The notes: generated by a model not told the origin, from the sequence alone. 64,000 nt of DNA from Bacteroidota bacterium (GCA_043800695.1 JAZDMU010000002.1:27944-91943), one strand, 5' to 3'. Numbered from the stretch's first letter, positions 21,245 to 31,743 are shown. A program made the numbers and translations.

Positions 21245-21847
21245 TTATTTTTCTTCCCACCTCAGGGTTTCAATCATATGTAAGATATCTTCCCTGAAGA
21301 ATTCATTCACAGGTGCCAGGGAATCAGGATTTGGTTCAGATAAAAAATAAAGCGATCCCCTTATGTAGTGTTTTAAGCTGTCGGTTACAAAAAACTGAAC
21401 GGCTGTTGCGGCATTTCCCCTGAGATCGTAAAGGATTCCGTATACTTTATTATCAGGGTTGCTGAACAACTGTTCGTTGATTGCATCGGCTTTCGAAATA
21501 TGGTTCTTGACGTTAATCCTGTATGTCTCTTCCATTAGTTCTCCCAGATCATTGTTTATCTCCTTGTATGTAAGATATATCCTGGCTTTAAAGGATGGGA
21601 AATCCATATTGAACCAGCCTGGCTCCGGGTTGATATTCCCGTCGAATGATATCGTTCCGTAAACCGGGTATTCAAAGCTTAACGGCAGGAAACCATCCGG
21701 GTGGTTCGCACCATTGAATATGGCATATTCCTTTTCAGGCAGGTCAATCCTGAAGAAGCCCTTTGGCCTCGGAACAGGGACATCCCTGCATCCCTGGGCA
21801 ATAAGGGCAGAAGCAAGAAGCGCTGCAATACTATTCTTCAATATCAT
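21245..21847 (-). CDS. gldD: Gliding motility lipoprotein GldD
   Basis: Lipobox AQGC, PRPKGFFRIDLP, QFFVTDSLKHYIRGSLYF; next to gldE; start could be 21862. Confidence 0.9.
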   Translation of the reverse strand: MILKNSIAALLASALIAQGCRDVPVPRPKGFFRIDLPEKEYAIFNGANHPDGFLPLSFEYPVYGTISFDGNINPEPGWFNMDFPSFKARIYLTYKEINNDLGELMEETYRINVKNHISKADAINEQLFSNPDNKVYGILYDLRGNAATAVQFFVTDSLKHYIRGSLYFLSEPNPDSLAPVNEFFREDILHMIETLRWEEK

Positions 21848-23174
21848 CCTTTTCCGCTTCATTGATGGTTACAATTACTTCTTTAATCCTTCTCCTGTCG
21901 GCTGATTCGATCCTGAAGTTAAACCTCCTGAATTTTATTATCTGTTCTTTTTTTGGAATTTCGCCTGTCAGCTCAAGGATCAGTCCCGCAAGAGTTTCGG
22001 ATTCCCCCCTGACAATATCAAAAGGGTCATCTTCAAGCTCAAGGATCTTAACGAGGTCATTAAGCAGTACTTTCCCTTCAAAAATATATGTCCTGTCGTC
22101 GATCTTTTTATATAATTCCTCATCCTGGTCACTTTCGTCGGTTATTTCACCCACGATCTCCTCAAGTATATCTTCAAGGGTTATTATTCCTGCTGTCCCT
22201 CCATACTCATCAATAACAATTGCCATATGTATCTTCTTGATCTGGAACTCCTTGAGCAGGTCGTTTATCTTTTTTGTCTCAGGAACAAAATAGGGAGGCC
22301 TCAGAAGAGACTGCCACTTGAACGAATCGGGATTGTTCATATACGGCAACACATCTTTTGCATAAAGTAATCCTCTTACATTATCAAATGATTCGGAGTA
22401 GGCCGGGATCCTTGAAAAACCAGAATCAATGATTACCGGGATTATCTTGCTGAAGCCAGACTGGATCTCAACGGCCGTGACATCGATCCTCGGGCACATG
22501 ATTGCGCTTACGTTTATGTTGCCGAAATTGACTATCCCCTTAAGTATCTTTTCGTCTTCGCTGAGGTCGTCAGATGTTAGTTCCAGAGCATCTGAGATAT
22601 CGTCCATGCTTAAATCCGACCTTCGCCTGCCCGCCCGCTTCTTTACAAATGATGTGGAAAGAATGAGAAGGGAAGTCACCGGGTAGAATATTTTCATGAT
22701 CAGGTTTAGCGGATATGCCATGAATAGCGCAAATGACACATTGTGCCGGGCAGCATAAACCTTTGGCATTATCTCACCGAAAAGAAGCAGCATGAAAGTA
22801 ATTACCACAACCTCTATAAGGAATCCGATGACCGGGTTTGAGCTGAAATCAAACAGTTCTGTGCTGATAAAGGCCGACAGCAAAACGATCGCTATATTGA
22901 CGGTATTGTTTGCTGCAAGTATTGTGCTGAGCAATCTCTCGGGCATGTTATAGAGCCTGAGGGCAGTCTGGGTTTTCCCGGCCTTATCGTTTTTAAATCG
23001 TTCAAGGTCATCAGGCCTGAGCGAGAAATAGGCAACCTCAGACCCTGACATGAGTGCAGATACAAAGAGCAGACATGCCAGTACAATAAAGCCTGTTATG
23101 ATCTTATAATCAGGAGAATTTACGATGACGCCTGAAAGCAGAAGCCCGGCTGAATATGAAAATCCGTATCCCAC
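21831..23174 (-). CDS. gldE: GldE (hemolysin/CBS/CorC domain membrane protein)
   Basis: SGSEVAYFSL, FGEIMPK, VIDEYGGTAG, TLEDILEEIVGEI; gldD-gldE-ssb order. Confidence 0.9.
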   Translation of the reverse strand: MGYGFSYSAGLLLSGVIVNSPDYKIITGFIVLACLLFVSALMSGSEVAYFSLRPDDLERFKNDKAGKTQTALRLYNMPERLLSTILAANNTVNIAIVLLSAFISTELFDFSSNPVIGFLIEVVVITFMLLLFGEIMPKVYAARHNVSFALFMAYPLNLIMKIFYPVTSLLILSTSFVKKRAGRRRSDLSMDDISDALELTSDDLSEDEKILKGIVNFGNINVSAIMCPRIDVTAVEIQSGFSKIIPVIIDSGFSRIPAYSESFDNVRGLLYAKDVLPYMNNPDSFKWQSLLRPPYFVPETKKINDLLKEFQIKKIHMAIVIDEYGGTAGIITLEDILEEIVGEITDESDQDEELYKKIDDRTYIFEGKVLLNDLVKILELEDDPFDIVRGESETLAGLILELTGEIPKKEQIIKFRRFNFRIESADRRRIKEVIVTINEAEKDDIEE

Positions 23175-23192
23175 TAAATTTAAGTTAAATGT

Positions 23193-23741
23193 CTAAAAGG
23201 GCAGGTCATCCTCATTTTGCCCGTTCAGTGGTCCGGAACTGAAAGGTTCGCCCTGACCAGGGAATCCGTTATCCGGACCGGATCTCTCGGGCTGGTTCTT
23301 CTTCACTCCGGCAGCACCTGACTGATAGGGTGGAGCAGGGTCATTTACTTCCGGAGCTGATCCTGCTTTCTTCTGGTAATCAGATGATGAATCCTCTCCC
23401 TGCACGGTAGCCGGCCTTTTTTCCATTACTATCATTGTGTCGGCAAGGATCTCGGTAATGTATTTATTGTTCCCATCCTTGTCGACATAAGAACGGGTTT
23501 TTATTTTCCCGACCACATATACCTGGGTTCCTTTCTTTACCGTTTTCTCGGCTACTTCAGCAAGGGCCCTCCATAATACTATGTTATGCCATTCGGTTGA
23601 GGTTATTGTCTCTCCCTGCTGGTTTGTATATGTTTCGCTGGTTGCCAGTGGAAAGGTTGCCTTTGCAACACCCTTGTCAAAGTACCTTACGACGGGATCT
23701 TTCCCGACATTGCCCAGTAACAGGACTTTATTGATCGACAT
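23193..23741 (-). CDS. ssb: Single-stranded DNA-binding protein
   Basis: MSINKVLLLGNVGKDP, TEWHNIV, C-terminal DDLPF; TACCTTTG promoter at 23783-23790 (minus). Confidence 0.97.
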   Translation of the reverse strand: MSINKVLLLGNVGKDPVVRYFDKGVAKATFPLATSETYTNQQGETITSTEWHNIVLWRALAEVAEKTVKKGTQVYVVGKIKTRSYVDKDGNNKYITEILADTMIVMEKRPATVQGEDSSSDYQKKAGSAPEVNDPAPPYQSGAAGVKKNQPERSGPDNGFPGQGEPFSSGPLNGQNEDDLPF

Positions 23742-24002
23742 GAGGTTATCCGGTTTTGTGATTATGCAATCATTACAAACTTCAAAGGTAAGAAAAAAAC
23801 CTCTTCCGGCATCTTTTGACTGCAAACGGCAACAGGCAAACACCCTCATCTCCTATTTAACTGGAATTAAGGCAATAATAAATACTAATAAAAAAATTTA
23901 TTCGTAAAGTGTTTTATTTTAAACAAATAATATTTTTATATTTGCAGGGTTGAAAAAAACGAATAATCAAAATAAGTTGTTGAATTTTAAATCACTAGAA
24001 AA

Positions 24003-24290
24003 ATGACTAAAGCAGACATTGTTAATGAAATTGCCAAGAACACTGGTATTGAAAAGGTAACTGTACAGAAAACTGTCGAAGCCTTAATGGAAACAATTAA
24101 GCATTCAATGGTAACAGGGAATAATGTTTACCTGAGAGGTTTCGGAAGCTTTATCGTTAAGAAAAGAGCAAAGAAGACTGCAAGGAATATTTCAAAGAAC
24201 ACTACAATAATAATTCCTGCACACAATATCCCCGCTTTCAAACCGGCCAAAACATTCATTACAAAAGTTAAATCACACGTTAAGAAGTAA
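24003..24290 (+). CDS. hup: HU/IHF family DNA-binding protein
   Basis: MTKADIV, LRGFGSF, ARNISKN, PAFKP; TATATTTG at 23937-23944. Confidence 0.95.
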   Translation: MTKADIVNEIAKNTGIEKVTVQKTVEALMETIKHSMVTGNNVYLRGFGSFIVKKRAKKTARNISKNTTIIIPAHNIPAFKPAKTFITKVKSHVKK

Positions 24291-24296
24291 TCGTCC

Positions 24297-24386
24297 ATGC
24301 CAAGCGGTAAGAAAAGAAAAAGACATAAGATGGCCACCCATAAACGTAAAAAGCGTTTACGGAAGAACAGACATAAGAAGAAGTAA
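24297..24386 (+). CDS. 29-aa basic protein, ribosomal protein bS22 / AURKAIP1-COX24 (mS38) type; absent from ORF track
   Basis: Translated by hand: MPSGKKRKRHKMATHKRKKRLRKNRHKKK*; followed by terminator. Confidence 0.88.
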   Translation: MPSGKKRKRHKMATHKRKKRLRKNRHKKK

Positions 24387-24423
24387 GAGATCATAGGGTG
24401 GTCTTTACATTAGACTAAAATAG

Positions 24424-24458
24424 TAAACCTAAAGGTCCTCCGATCTTTAGGTTTATTG
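24424..24458 (+). terminator. Hairpin after HU-bS22
   Basis: taaacctaaagg...tctttaggttta inverted repeat. Confidence 0.7.
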
Positions 24459-24510
24459 TATATGGGAGGTTGATGCGACGGTTGAAAAATAATTCAGATC
24501 ATAAGAGCAA

Positions 24511-26070
24511 GTGGCAAACAAGGATCTGATAATTGATGTAAGTGATTCCGATGTTTCGTTGGCATTGCTTGAAGACAAGCAATTAATTGAATTAAACAAG
24601 GAAAAGCGAAATATAAAGTTTTCGGTCGGGGATATTTATCTTGGAAAGGTTAAGAAGATTATGCCCGGGCTGAATGCAGCTTTTATCAATGTTGGCTACG
24701 AACGTGACGCATTCCTGCATTACCTCGATCTTGGCGCCCAGTTCAGAACCCAGCATAAATACTACACAACAGCTCTTCAGAAGCAGGGAAGAGTGGTCCC
24801 TGTCCACAAATTCAAGCCTGAACCCGATATTGACAAGGAGGGTAAGATAACAGATGTGCTTACCCAGGGACAGACGGTCATTGTTCAGATCACCAAGGAG
24901 CCAATATCAACAAAGGGTCCAAGGCTTGCTGCCGAGATATCCCTTGCCGGCAGAAATCTTGTACTCATTCCTTATTCCGACAAAGTATCCATCTCATCAA
25001 AAATTGAGAGCCAGGAAGAAAAAAACAGGCTCAGAGCGCTTTTGCAGAGCATAAAGCCAAGGAACTATGGTATCATAGTCCGCACAGTTGCAGAAGGCAA
25101 AAAAGTGGCAATTCTGGATGCAGAGCTCAGGGATCTTGTAAGAAGATGGGAATCAGCTTTTTATACAATTAAAAAAGAAATTAAGACCCCCCGCCTCTTT
25201 ATCGGCGAATTGAACAGGACAACCACTATCCTGCGCGACATGCTGAATGTCACTTTCAACAGCATCCACCTCAACGATGCAGCTTTTGCAGATGAGATCC
25301 GCAAATATGTAAAGGAGATAGCCCCTGAAAAGGCCAACATCGTAAAGCTCTACAAGGGATCCCTGCCAATATTTGATCATTTTGGCGTCAACAAGCAGAT
25401 AAAATCCCTTTTTGGTAAAACTGTCTCCTTCAGGCATGGAGCTTACCTGATCATCGAGCATACCGAAGCCCTTCATGTAATTGATGTGAACAGCGGCAAC
25501 CGGTCACGGTCGGGAAACGACCAGGAAGCAAACGCGCTGGAGGTAAACATGGTGGCTGCTACTGAGATAGCGCGCCAGCTGAGGCTCAGGGATATGGGCG
25601 GAATAATTGTGATCGACTTTATCGACATGCAGTCAAACGAAAATAAACAGATACTGTATGATAAAATGAAGGAGATCATGGCTAACGACAGGACAAAGCA
25701 TAATATCCTTCCCCTGACCAAATTTGGTCTGATGCAGATCACAAGGCAGAGGGTTCGCCCGGTCATGAACATCGTTACCGACGAAATGTGCCCTGCATGC
25801 GAGGGTACCGGTGTGACCCGGCCGGCAATATTATTAACCGACAAGCTCGAAAGAAACCTTGAATTCATTGTTGACAAGATAAAAACCAGGAGGCTCATCC
25901 TAAATGTCCATCCCTTCGTTGCCTCATTCCTCAAAAAAGGCATCCTTCCTGTTTGCCGCAAGTGGAACTTCAAATACCGGATCAGCCTCAAAGTGCAGGC
26001 TGTAACCTCGTATAATATGCTTGAGTACCATTTTTTCGACAGGGAGGAAAATGAAATAGACCTGGACTGA
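24511..26070 (+). CDS. rng: Ribonuclease E/G family
   Basis: PGLNAAFI, KEPISTKGPRL, IDVNSG, RLRDMGGIIVIDFIDM. Confidence 0.95.
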   Translation: MANKDLIIDVSDSDVSLALLEDKQLIELNKEKRNIKFSVGDIYLGKVKKIMPGLNAAFINVGYERDAFLHYLDLGAQFRTQHKYYTTALQKQGRVVPVHKFKPEPDIDKEGKITDVLTQGQTVIVQITKEPISTKGPRLAAEISLAGRNLVLIPYSDKVSISSKIESQEEKNRLRALLQSIKPRNYGIIVRTVAEGKKVAILDAELRDLVRRWESAFYTIKKEIKTPRLFIGELNRTTTILRDMLNVTFNSIHLNDAAFADEIRKYVKEIAPEKANIVKLYKGSLPIFDHFGVNKQIKSLFGKTVSFRHGAYLIIEHTEALHVIDVNSGNRSRSGNDQEANALEVNMVAATEIARQLRLRDMGGIIVIDFIDMQSNENKQILYDKMKEIMANDRTKHNILPLTKFGLMQITRQRVRPVMNIVTDEMCPACEGTGVTRPAILLTDKLERNLEFIVDKIKTRRLILNVHPFVASFLKKGILPVCRKWNFKYRISLKVQAVTSYNMLEYHFFDREENEIDLD

Positions 26071-26161
26071 GCCGCTTATCCCTTCAGTAATACTCCTTTA
26101 ACAATTTCATCCCATTATTGTTATTTGTTTATTATTTTTGAAACAAGTAATAAACCGGTAT

Positions 26162-28150
26162 ATGCGACTTAAAAGAATTGCAATTCTTACTTTTTCTGTT
26201 TTCGCGGCAGTTAACCTTTATTCCCAGATCTTTGATCCAGCCACCTGGTACTTCTCTTATCAAAAGAGGGGCGTGAACAATTACGAACTGGTAATAACGG
26301 CAACCATTGAAAAGGGTTCCCATATATATTCAATGGATATACCCGAAGGAGGGCCAATCCCCACATCTTTCAGTTTTAATGCCGGTGAGGGATACGTGCT
26401 CGATGGCGATCCGTGGGAAGCAATTGAACCTGAAGACCTGTTTGATGAAGCTTTTAACTTCAATATAAAATCTTTCAGCGATGAAGCCGAATTCAGGCAG
26501 AGAGTAACGGGTAATATCCCCTATTTTACGGTTTCGGGTACTGTAACTTATATGGCCTGCAACAATACAACCTGCTCACCTCCAAAAGATGTTGAATTTG
26601 AAATAACCATCGGCGGGCCGGAAGTAAATAAAGCGGCTGATCCCGGAAGAGAGATCACCCCTGTCAGGGAAAAGAAAGGCTTGCTGGGATTCTTCCTCAT
26701 ATCTTTTCTTGCAGGTTTTGCCGGCATTCTTACACCATGCGTCTTCCCGATGATACCAATGACTGTCGCTTTCTTTTCAGGAGGAGCTGATAACAGGCGA
26801 AAATCTGTCATCAAGGCACTGGTATTCGGGCTTTCAATAATCCTTATTTATTCTTCGCTCGGAGTAATAGTTTCGCTTACCAGTGCCGGTGCAGGATTCG
26901 CCAACGCTCTGAGTACTCACTGGATTCCCAACATAATATTCTTTGCATTATTCCTTGTCTTCGCCATCTCTTTCTTTGGCGCCTTCGAGATCATACTTCC
27001 TAATAAATGGGTGACGAAAGCTGATTCAAGAGTGGACAGGGGAGGAATGGTAGCAGCATTCTTTCTGGGACTCACAACAGTGATCGTATCTTTCTCCTGC
27101 ACAGGCCCTATAATCGGAGCCCTGCTTGTCGAAGCTGCAGGCGGCGACGTGCTGAGGCCGACTGTCGGAATGTTCGGATTCGGTCTTGCTTTTGCTCTTC
27201 CGTTTACACTGTTCGCGCTCTTCCCGTCAATAATGTCAAAACTGCCAAAGTCGGGGGGATGGCTGAACTCTATAAAAGTCGTTCTTGGTTTCATCATGCT
27301 GGCATTCGGCATGAAATTCCTTACTACGATCGATAGTGTTTACTCATTAGGATTGATCAGCAGGGATATCTTCCTGATGATATGGATCGTCCTGGCAGCA
27401 CTTCTCGGTCTTTACCTGATGGGCAAGATAAAATTCGCGCACGACAGCGAGCTTACTCACATAGGCACTTTCAGACTTTTCCTTATTATTACCGTGTTTG
27501 CATTCATGATCTGGCTTTTAACAGGGCTCTTTGGTGCGCCGCTGAAAGGACTATCATCGCTTCTTCCACCTCAGTCAACCTCCTGGTCGTACAGGAATGC
27601 GGCATTGCCTGAAGCCGTCTCTGTTTCACCCTCTTTTTTTCAGATAAATTCAGAAAGCGGGCAATGTCAGAAGCCAAAATACGGAGATCTCTTCAATATG
27701 GCACCTGGACTGACCGGCTATTATGAATTTGAGCAGGGGCTGGAATGTGCCAGGAAACAGGGCAAGCCGGTACTCCTTGATTTCAAAGGCCATGCATGCG
27801 CAAACTGTAAGGTGATGGAGGCAAGGGTATGGTCCGATCCTGAAGTTCTCAGAAGATTGAGGGAAAACTTCGTTATCATCTCGCTTTATGCCGATGACAG
27901 GACCCAGCTGCCTGAGAGCGAATGGGTCACATCAGTTGTTGACGGGAAGGTAAAGAAGACCATTGGGAAGATTAATGAGGACCTTGAGATATCGAGATAC
28001 AAAACGAATGCACTTCCTCTGTATGTGATCACCGATCATGAGGGTAATCCGCTTAATACTCCTATGCCGACAACCCTGGATGTTGATGAGTATATAAAGT
28101 GGCTGGATGAGGGAGTGGCAGCGTTCAGAACTTCCCAAGCTTCAGAGTAA
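26162..28150 (+). CDS. dsbD: Thiol:disulfide interchange protein DsbD-like
   Basis: N-terminal CNNTTC, TM TPCVFPMIP and SCTGP, thioredoxin CANC. Confidence 0.9.
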   Translation: MRLKRIAILTFSVFAAVNLYSQIFDPATWYFSYQKRGVNNYELVITATIEKGSHIYSMDIPEGGPIPTSFSFNAGEGYVLDGDPWEAIEPEDLFDEAFNFNIKSFSDEAEFRQRVTGNIPYFTVSGTVTYMACNNTTCSPPKDVEFEITIGGPEVNKAADPGREITPVREKKGLLGFFLISFLAGFAGILTPCVFPMIPMTVAFFSGGADNRRKSVIKALVFGLSIILIYSSLGVIVSLTSAGAGFANALSTHWIPNIIFFALFLVFAISFFGAFEIILPNKWVTKADSRVDRGGMVAAFFLGLTTVIVSFSCTGPIIGALLVEAAGGDVLRPTVGMFGFGLAFALPFTLFALFPSIMSKLPKSGGWLNSIKVVLGFIMLAFGMKFLTTIDSVYSLGLISRDIFLMIWIVLAALLGLYLMGKIKFAHDSELTHIGTFRLFLIITVFAFMIWLLTGLFGAPLKGLSSLLPPQSTSWSYRNAALPEAVSVSPSFFQINSESGQCQKPKYGDLFNMAPGLTGYYEFEQGLECARKQGKPVLLDFKGHACANCKVMEARVWSDPEVLRRLRENFVIISLYADDRTQLPESEWVTSVVDGKVKKTIGKINEDLEISRYKTNALPLYVITDHEGNPLNTPMPTTLDVDEYIKWLDEGVAAFRTSQASE

Positions 28151-28766
28151 CGGTGTAGCTTAGCGTTCTCAGCGATTCGACGTCGATGCTGTACGATCCC
28201 GGCAGTCCCACATTGAAGGGAGTAGGAAGCCTGTATGAGGCCCCAACGGCAAGCCTCAGAAACCTTGTCAGGTTAAGCTCAACCTCGGCAGCCGGCTCAA
28301 TCAGCAGGAATGCCTTTGAATCTTCCAGGAAGTTTTCGTTGAACTCATTATCGATCGAGATAAATGATATCCCTCCAAATCCAAACAGAACCGGAAATGA
28401 CAGGTGTACCGGGAGCCTTGGAAACAGGACAGGTTCAATGTACAATCCGCCGTATCCTCCGGTGAGGAACACATCTTTATCAATCGCCGGCTCATAGTGG
28501 AATTCATTTATAAATCCTGTTGCTCCCATTCCAATTCCCAGGGAGTGGCTTGCCATCCACGAAAAACGGCCGCCGAACATAACTGCATCAAGATCGTTTA
28601 TTTTCGAATAACCGGTTGAAAATGAGAAGTATCCGCCGCCACCCCTGTCATGACCCAGTAGAGTTTTCATTTCCCGGTTCTTATAATACTCAAATTCAGG
28701 TTCCTGTGAAAATGCAACTGTTGAGAACAGAATGCAGATAATGGATATTAAAGTTGTCTTCTTCAT
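28125..28766 (-). CDS. Putative outer-membrane beta-barrel protein
   Basis: Signal peptide, Gly/aromatic alternating strands, C-terminal LGKF. Confidence 0.7.
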   Translation of the reverse strand: MKKTTLISIICILFSTVAFSQEPEFEYYKNREMKTLLGHDRGGGGYFSFSTGYSKINDLDAVMFGGRFSWMASHSLGIGMGATGFINEFHYEPAIDKDVFLTGGYGGLYIEPVLFPRLPVHLSFPVLFGFGGISFISIDNEFNENFLEDSKAFLLIEPAAEVELNLTRFLRLAVGASYRLPTPFNVGLPGSYSIDVESLRTLSYTVTLKLGKF

Positions 28767-28788
28767 ATTGTATCACTTTTTACTTATT

Positions 28789-29301
28789 TCAGAAAATGTA
28801 GGAAACGGAGATCCCGAAGTCGGCAGGCATCACCTTCACGAAAGCCGGGAATGACAATTCAACAAAAGGCTTTATGTTCACGCTGATGATAAGGGGGATA
28901 TCCCTGAACCTGTATTCGGCTGCTGCCCAGCCATCAGCCCCGACCACCGGGCAGAATCGTTCGCCTGTGAAATTATAATTTTCACCCAGGTACCTTATAT
29001 GATCAGTAACTATGAATCCTGCATGCCCTCCGTAACCCCAGGCAAAAAACAGGTCAGGTGAAATATCAGAGATAGCTGTTTCGTATATGATCCTCATCAT
29101 TGTCAGCTGAAGGCCGTTATTATTGAATCCGAGCATTGCACTGTAGTCGACGGCATTATTGCCGGCAGCGGCAGGCATCTGGATGAAAATACCGCCCCTG
29201 ACACCGGTTCTCACACCTGCCTGCCTGTAGAGTCCCTGGCCTGAAAGCTCAACAGGAAGCAGGATAAGGGCTGCAATTATTATAATGTAAAGTTTCTTCA
29301 T
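28789..29301 (-). CDS. Putative small outer-membrane beta-barrel protein
   Basis: Signal peptide, amphipathic strands, C-terminal VSYIF. Confidence 0.7.
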   Translation of the reverse strand: MKKLYIIIIAALILLPVELSGQGLYRQAGVRTGVRGGIFIQMPAAAGNNAVDYSAMLGFNNNGLQLTMMRIIYETAISDISPDLFFAWGYGGHAGFIVTDHIRYLGENYNFTGERFCPVVGADGWAAAEYRFRDIPLIISVNIKPFVELSFPAFVKVMPADFGISVSYIF

Positions 29302-29310
29302 GCTTTTATA

Positions 29311-30096
29311 CTATTTTACTCTTATTATTCTTCCCGAGCCGGAAATCGTCTGTTCAATCTCGGGATCGCCCTTTAAGTAAATGTTGCCGCTGCCTGAAAT
29401 GTGCCCGTTCAGGTACTCAACAATATTCGTATAGGTGCTCCCTGACCCTGAAATAATGACGGATGCAGTACTGGTTTCCATGTCACTCCCGTAGAAGTTG
29501 CCGCTTCCCGATACTTTAAGATGTGTTGTCTCGCAATTGCCTGAAACAGAGATATTTCCGGAGCCTGATATGAAGATGTCGGAGTTCAGGCATATAAGTG
29601 TCTGAATGTCGATATCACCCGAGCCTGAAAGGATTGTTTCAAAATCATCACATTCCGCCAGTTCGGCTGAAATGTCACCTGATCCGCTGTTTTTAATTGT
29701 AACTGTTTCTCCGGTCATCCTGTCTGCAATGAGAGATCCTGACCCTGAATTGACAACTTTTCTGAGAAGGGGAGAGGTTACCGTAACCACCGGCTTTTCG
29801 TTGTAATCAAGGCAGATCGTTGCAGGGCTGGTCCTTATTTCAAGGCTTTCGTCATAAACATTTGTCTCGATATAATTCATTATATTCTCCTCAGCGCTTA
29901 TGCTGATCCCAAAAGTGTCGGCCTGCTTGTATATTACATCAAATGAGGTTGAATTCCTGAGTTCATTGAATGATGTAACCCTCCTGGTTTCGGATACCAG
30001 ATAACCGTCACCTTCGACACACAGCAGGTCTTTTAGGCAGGAATTGCACACTATCAGGAATACTCCTGCAATTACAAATATGATCCTTGATTTCAT
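29311..30096 (-). CDS. DUF2807 (head GIN) beta-helix lipoprotein
   Basis: Lipobox-like CNSC; repeated SGSG motifs; YLKGDP near C-terminus. Confidence 0.88.
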   Translation of the reverse strand: MKSRIIFVIAGVFLIVCNSCLKDLLCVEGDGYLVSETRRVTSFNELRNSTSFDVIYKQADTFGISISAEENIMNYIETNVYDESLEIRTSPATICLDYNEKPVVTVTSPLLRKVVNSGSGSLIADRMTGETVTIKNSGSGDISAELAECDDFETILSGSGDIDIQTLICLNSDIFISGSGNISVSGNCETTHLKVSGSGNFYGSDMETSTASVIISGSGSTYTNIVEYLNGHISGSGNIYLKGDPEIEQTISGSGRIIRVK

Positions 30097-30124
30097 CGTA
30101 AAAATTATTGGTGTTTGATATAAG

Positions 30125-30150
30125 GACAGCGAAATATCAGTGCAGTTGCA
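30125..30150 (-). promoter_or_regulatory. Putative ECF promoter TGCAAC-N16-TGTC
   Basis: Same motif and spacing as 32302-32327 upstream of the sigma gene. Confidence 0.65.
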
Positions 30151-30160
30151 CGTTGCGGAA

Positions 30161-31246
30161 TTATTTTATATAAATATTCCCCCTTGTGGCATCGATCACC
30201 ACTTTGACACTGCCGGGATTCCTGCCTACTATGCCATAGGTCATGTATTCCTTTTTCTCTTCGCTCAGTACTTTCTTTTCAAGCTTTGCATCATCGTCAG
30301 GGAGCACCACAAAGGCATTAAGATGCCTGATATCCAGGTTATATGAGACTGACTTGTCAAAAAAGAGGCTGATATCGGTATAATCGGAATTCAATGTTAC
30401 AATTTCAATTCCCCTGCCGATAAATTCGGCATCAAGGTCACCGTATTTTGTAACCATATTGATTTCCTTCACAACCTCTTCAATCCTTATATCAGAAAAG
30501 TATGAGCTTCCTTTCAACGAGTTGATTGAACCAATGAAAAACTCATCCCGTCTGGATTCGGTATTTATAGTCCCTGTTTTTTCAAGATGGAATTTTGAGG
30601 AGACCGAGGAGATGGATAGATCGGATGATTCGTCAATCTCAACTTCAGAGAAAGAAGTATTCAGGCGTCCTTTAACGAGCCTGTTAATGGCAGCATCGCA
30701 GAAAACAAGGTCAAAACCGTTAGCCTCGTTGAGCATATTGGCTTTAAAAGCCCCGTTTGAAAGGTTAAGTGTAAGGTTGCCCGTATTGTTTTCCATATAA
30801 ACATCGCCATACTTGTTGGTGATCCTCATATCGATATACTCCGGAGCCTTGATGAAGTAGTTGACCTGGATTCGTGATTCATAAGGTATCAGCTTGCTGA
30901 TAAGCCCCTTGAAACTCTCAAAAAGCATGCTTATGTTTTGTGTGAAGCTCGTGTAGGCCCTAACCAGGTAACTCGATCCCGATATAGTAACTTCAACTCC
31001 CTGGAACATCTTTCTCAGCCTGTCAAGATCGGAGGAGAAGGCTTCCACTTCAGCCCTAATCTCGACAGAGTCTTTATTCCACGAAGTGATCTGGATCGTA
31101 CCATATTTATTGTCTACCTCAAGAGTGGTCTCTCTTGTTACGGGCATGACCTCCCGTGACACTTTCTTTTCGGAAAATGCCTGACCGCAGACTATTTCTG
31201 CCGGAAGAGCAATTGCCAGTATCAATGTAAATAATCTATATCGCAT
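30161..31246 (-). CDS. Secreted beta-repeat protein (DUF4097/adhesin-like)
   Basis: Signal peptide, repeated NKYG/KYGD motifs, typical third gene of this ECF operon type. Confidence 0.75.
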   Translation of the reverse strand: MRYRLFTLILAIALPAEIVCGQAFSEKKVSREVMPVTRETTLEVDNKYGTIQITSWNKDSVEIRAEVEAFSSDLDRLRKMFQGVEVTISGSSYLVRAYTSFTQNISMLFESFKGLISKLIPYESRIQVNYFIKAPEYIDMRITNKYGDVYMENNTGNLTLNLSNGAFKANMLNEANGFDLVFCDAAINRLVKGRLNTSFSEVEIDESSDLSISSVSSKFHLEKTGTINTESRRDEFFIGSINSLKGSSYFSDIRIEEVVKEINMVTKYGDLDAEFIGRGIEIVTLNSDYTDISLFFDKSVSYNLDIRHLNAFVVLPDDDAKLEKKVLSEEKKEYMTYGIVGRNPGSVKVVIDATRGNIYIK

Positions 31247-31739
31247 TGTCTCTCTTTTTTTCGGTATTGTTTTCATCTTGCCTGAGTGCCTCAAGCATCT
31301 CTTCCAGGATCCGTGTCTTTATCCTGTAATTGCTAATAAGCGCTTCAATAACATCCTGGTTATCAACGTTATCCCTGAGATCTTTTTTTATGTCTGCACA
31401 TATGCTGTCAATCTGTGACATATCGGTCAGAAGCTCTTTTTCAAGATCGGGGTATCCGGTAAGCAGGGGAGTGGCCTGGTTGAACAGATCGTTGATAAGG
31501 TTATTATAGTAGATCTCGCTTTCGACCAGCTCAGGATGGGTCTTGTTGTGGTTTGTCGCGTAGAAAAGAGCGGCTGTACCCAGTATTACAGCAATTATTG
31601 CTGCTGCGGAAAGCCATCCGGCAAGCCTGCGTCTTCCACTGTGCATCTCTTTCCTGATCCCTCTCCATACATCCGGTGAGGGCTCATATTTATCCAGGTG
31701 ATCCCTGTTTTTCATTATATATTCTTCCAGTCTGTCCAT
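31236..31739 (-). CDS. Putative anti-sigma factor
   Basis: EPSPDVWRGI, single TM, directly after ECF sigma. Confidence 0.78.
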   Translation of the reverse strand: MDRLEEYIMKNRDHLDKYEPSPDVWRGIRKEMHSGRRRLAGWLSAAAIIAVILGTAALFYATNHNKTHPELVESEIYYNNLINDLFNQATPLLTGYPDLEKELLTDMSQIDSICADIKKDLRDNVDNQDVIEALISNYRIKTRILEEMLEALRQDENNTEKKRDNAI

Positions 31740-31743
31740 ACTC

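Noticed and set aside
23742-24002. Remnant of mutY, which often lies between ssb and HU in Bacteroidota
   Set aside because: Only divergent promoter-like sequence is visible; no decayed coding trace, and the gene may lie elsewhere
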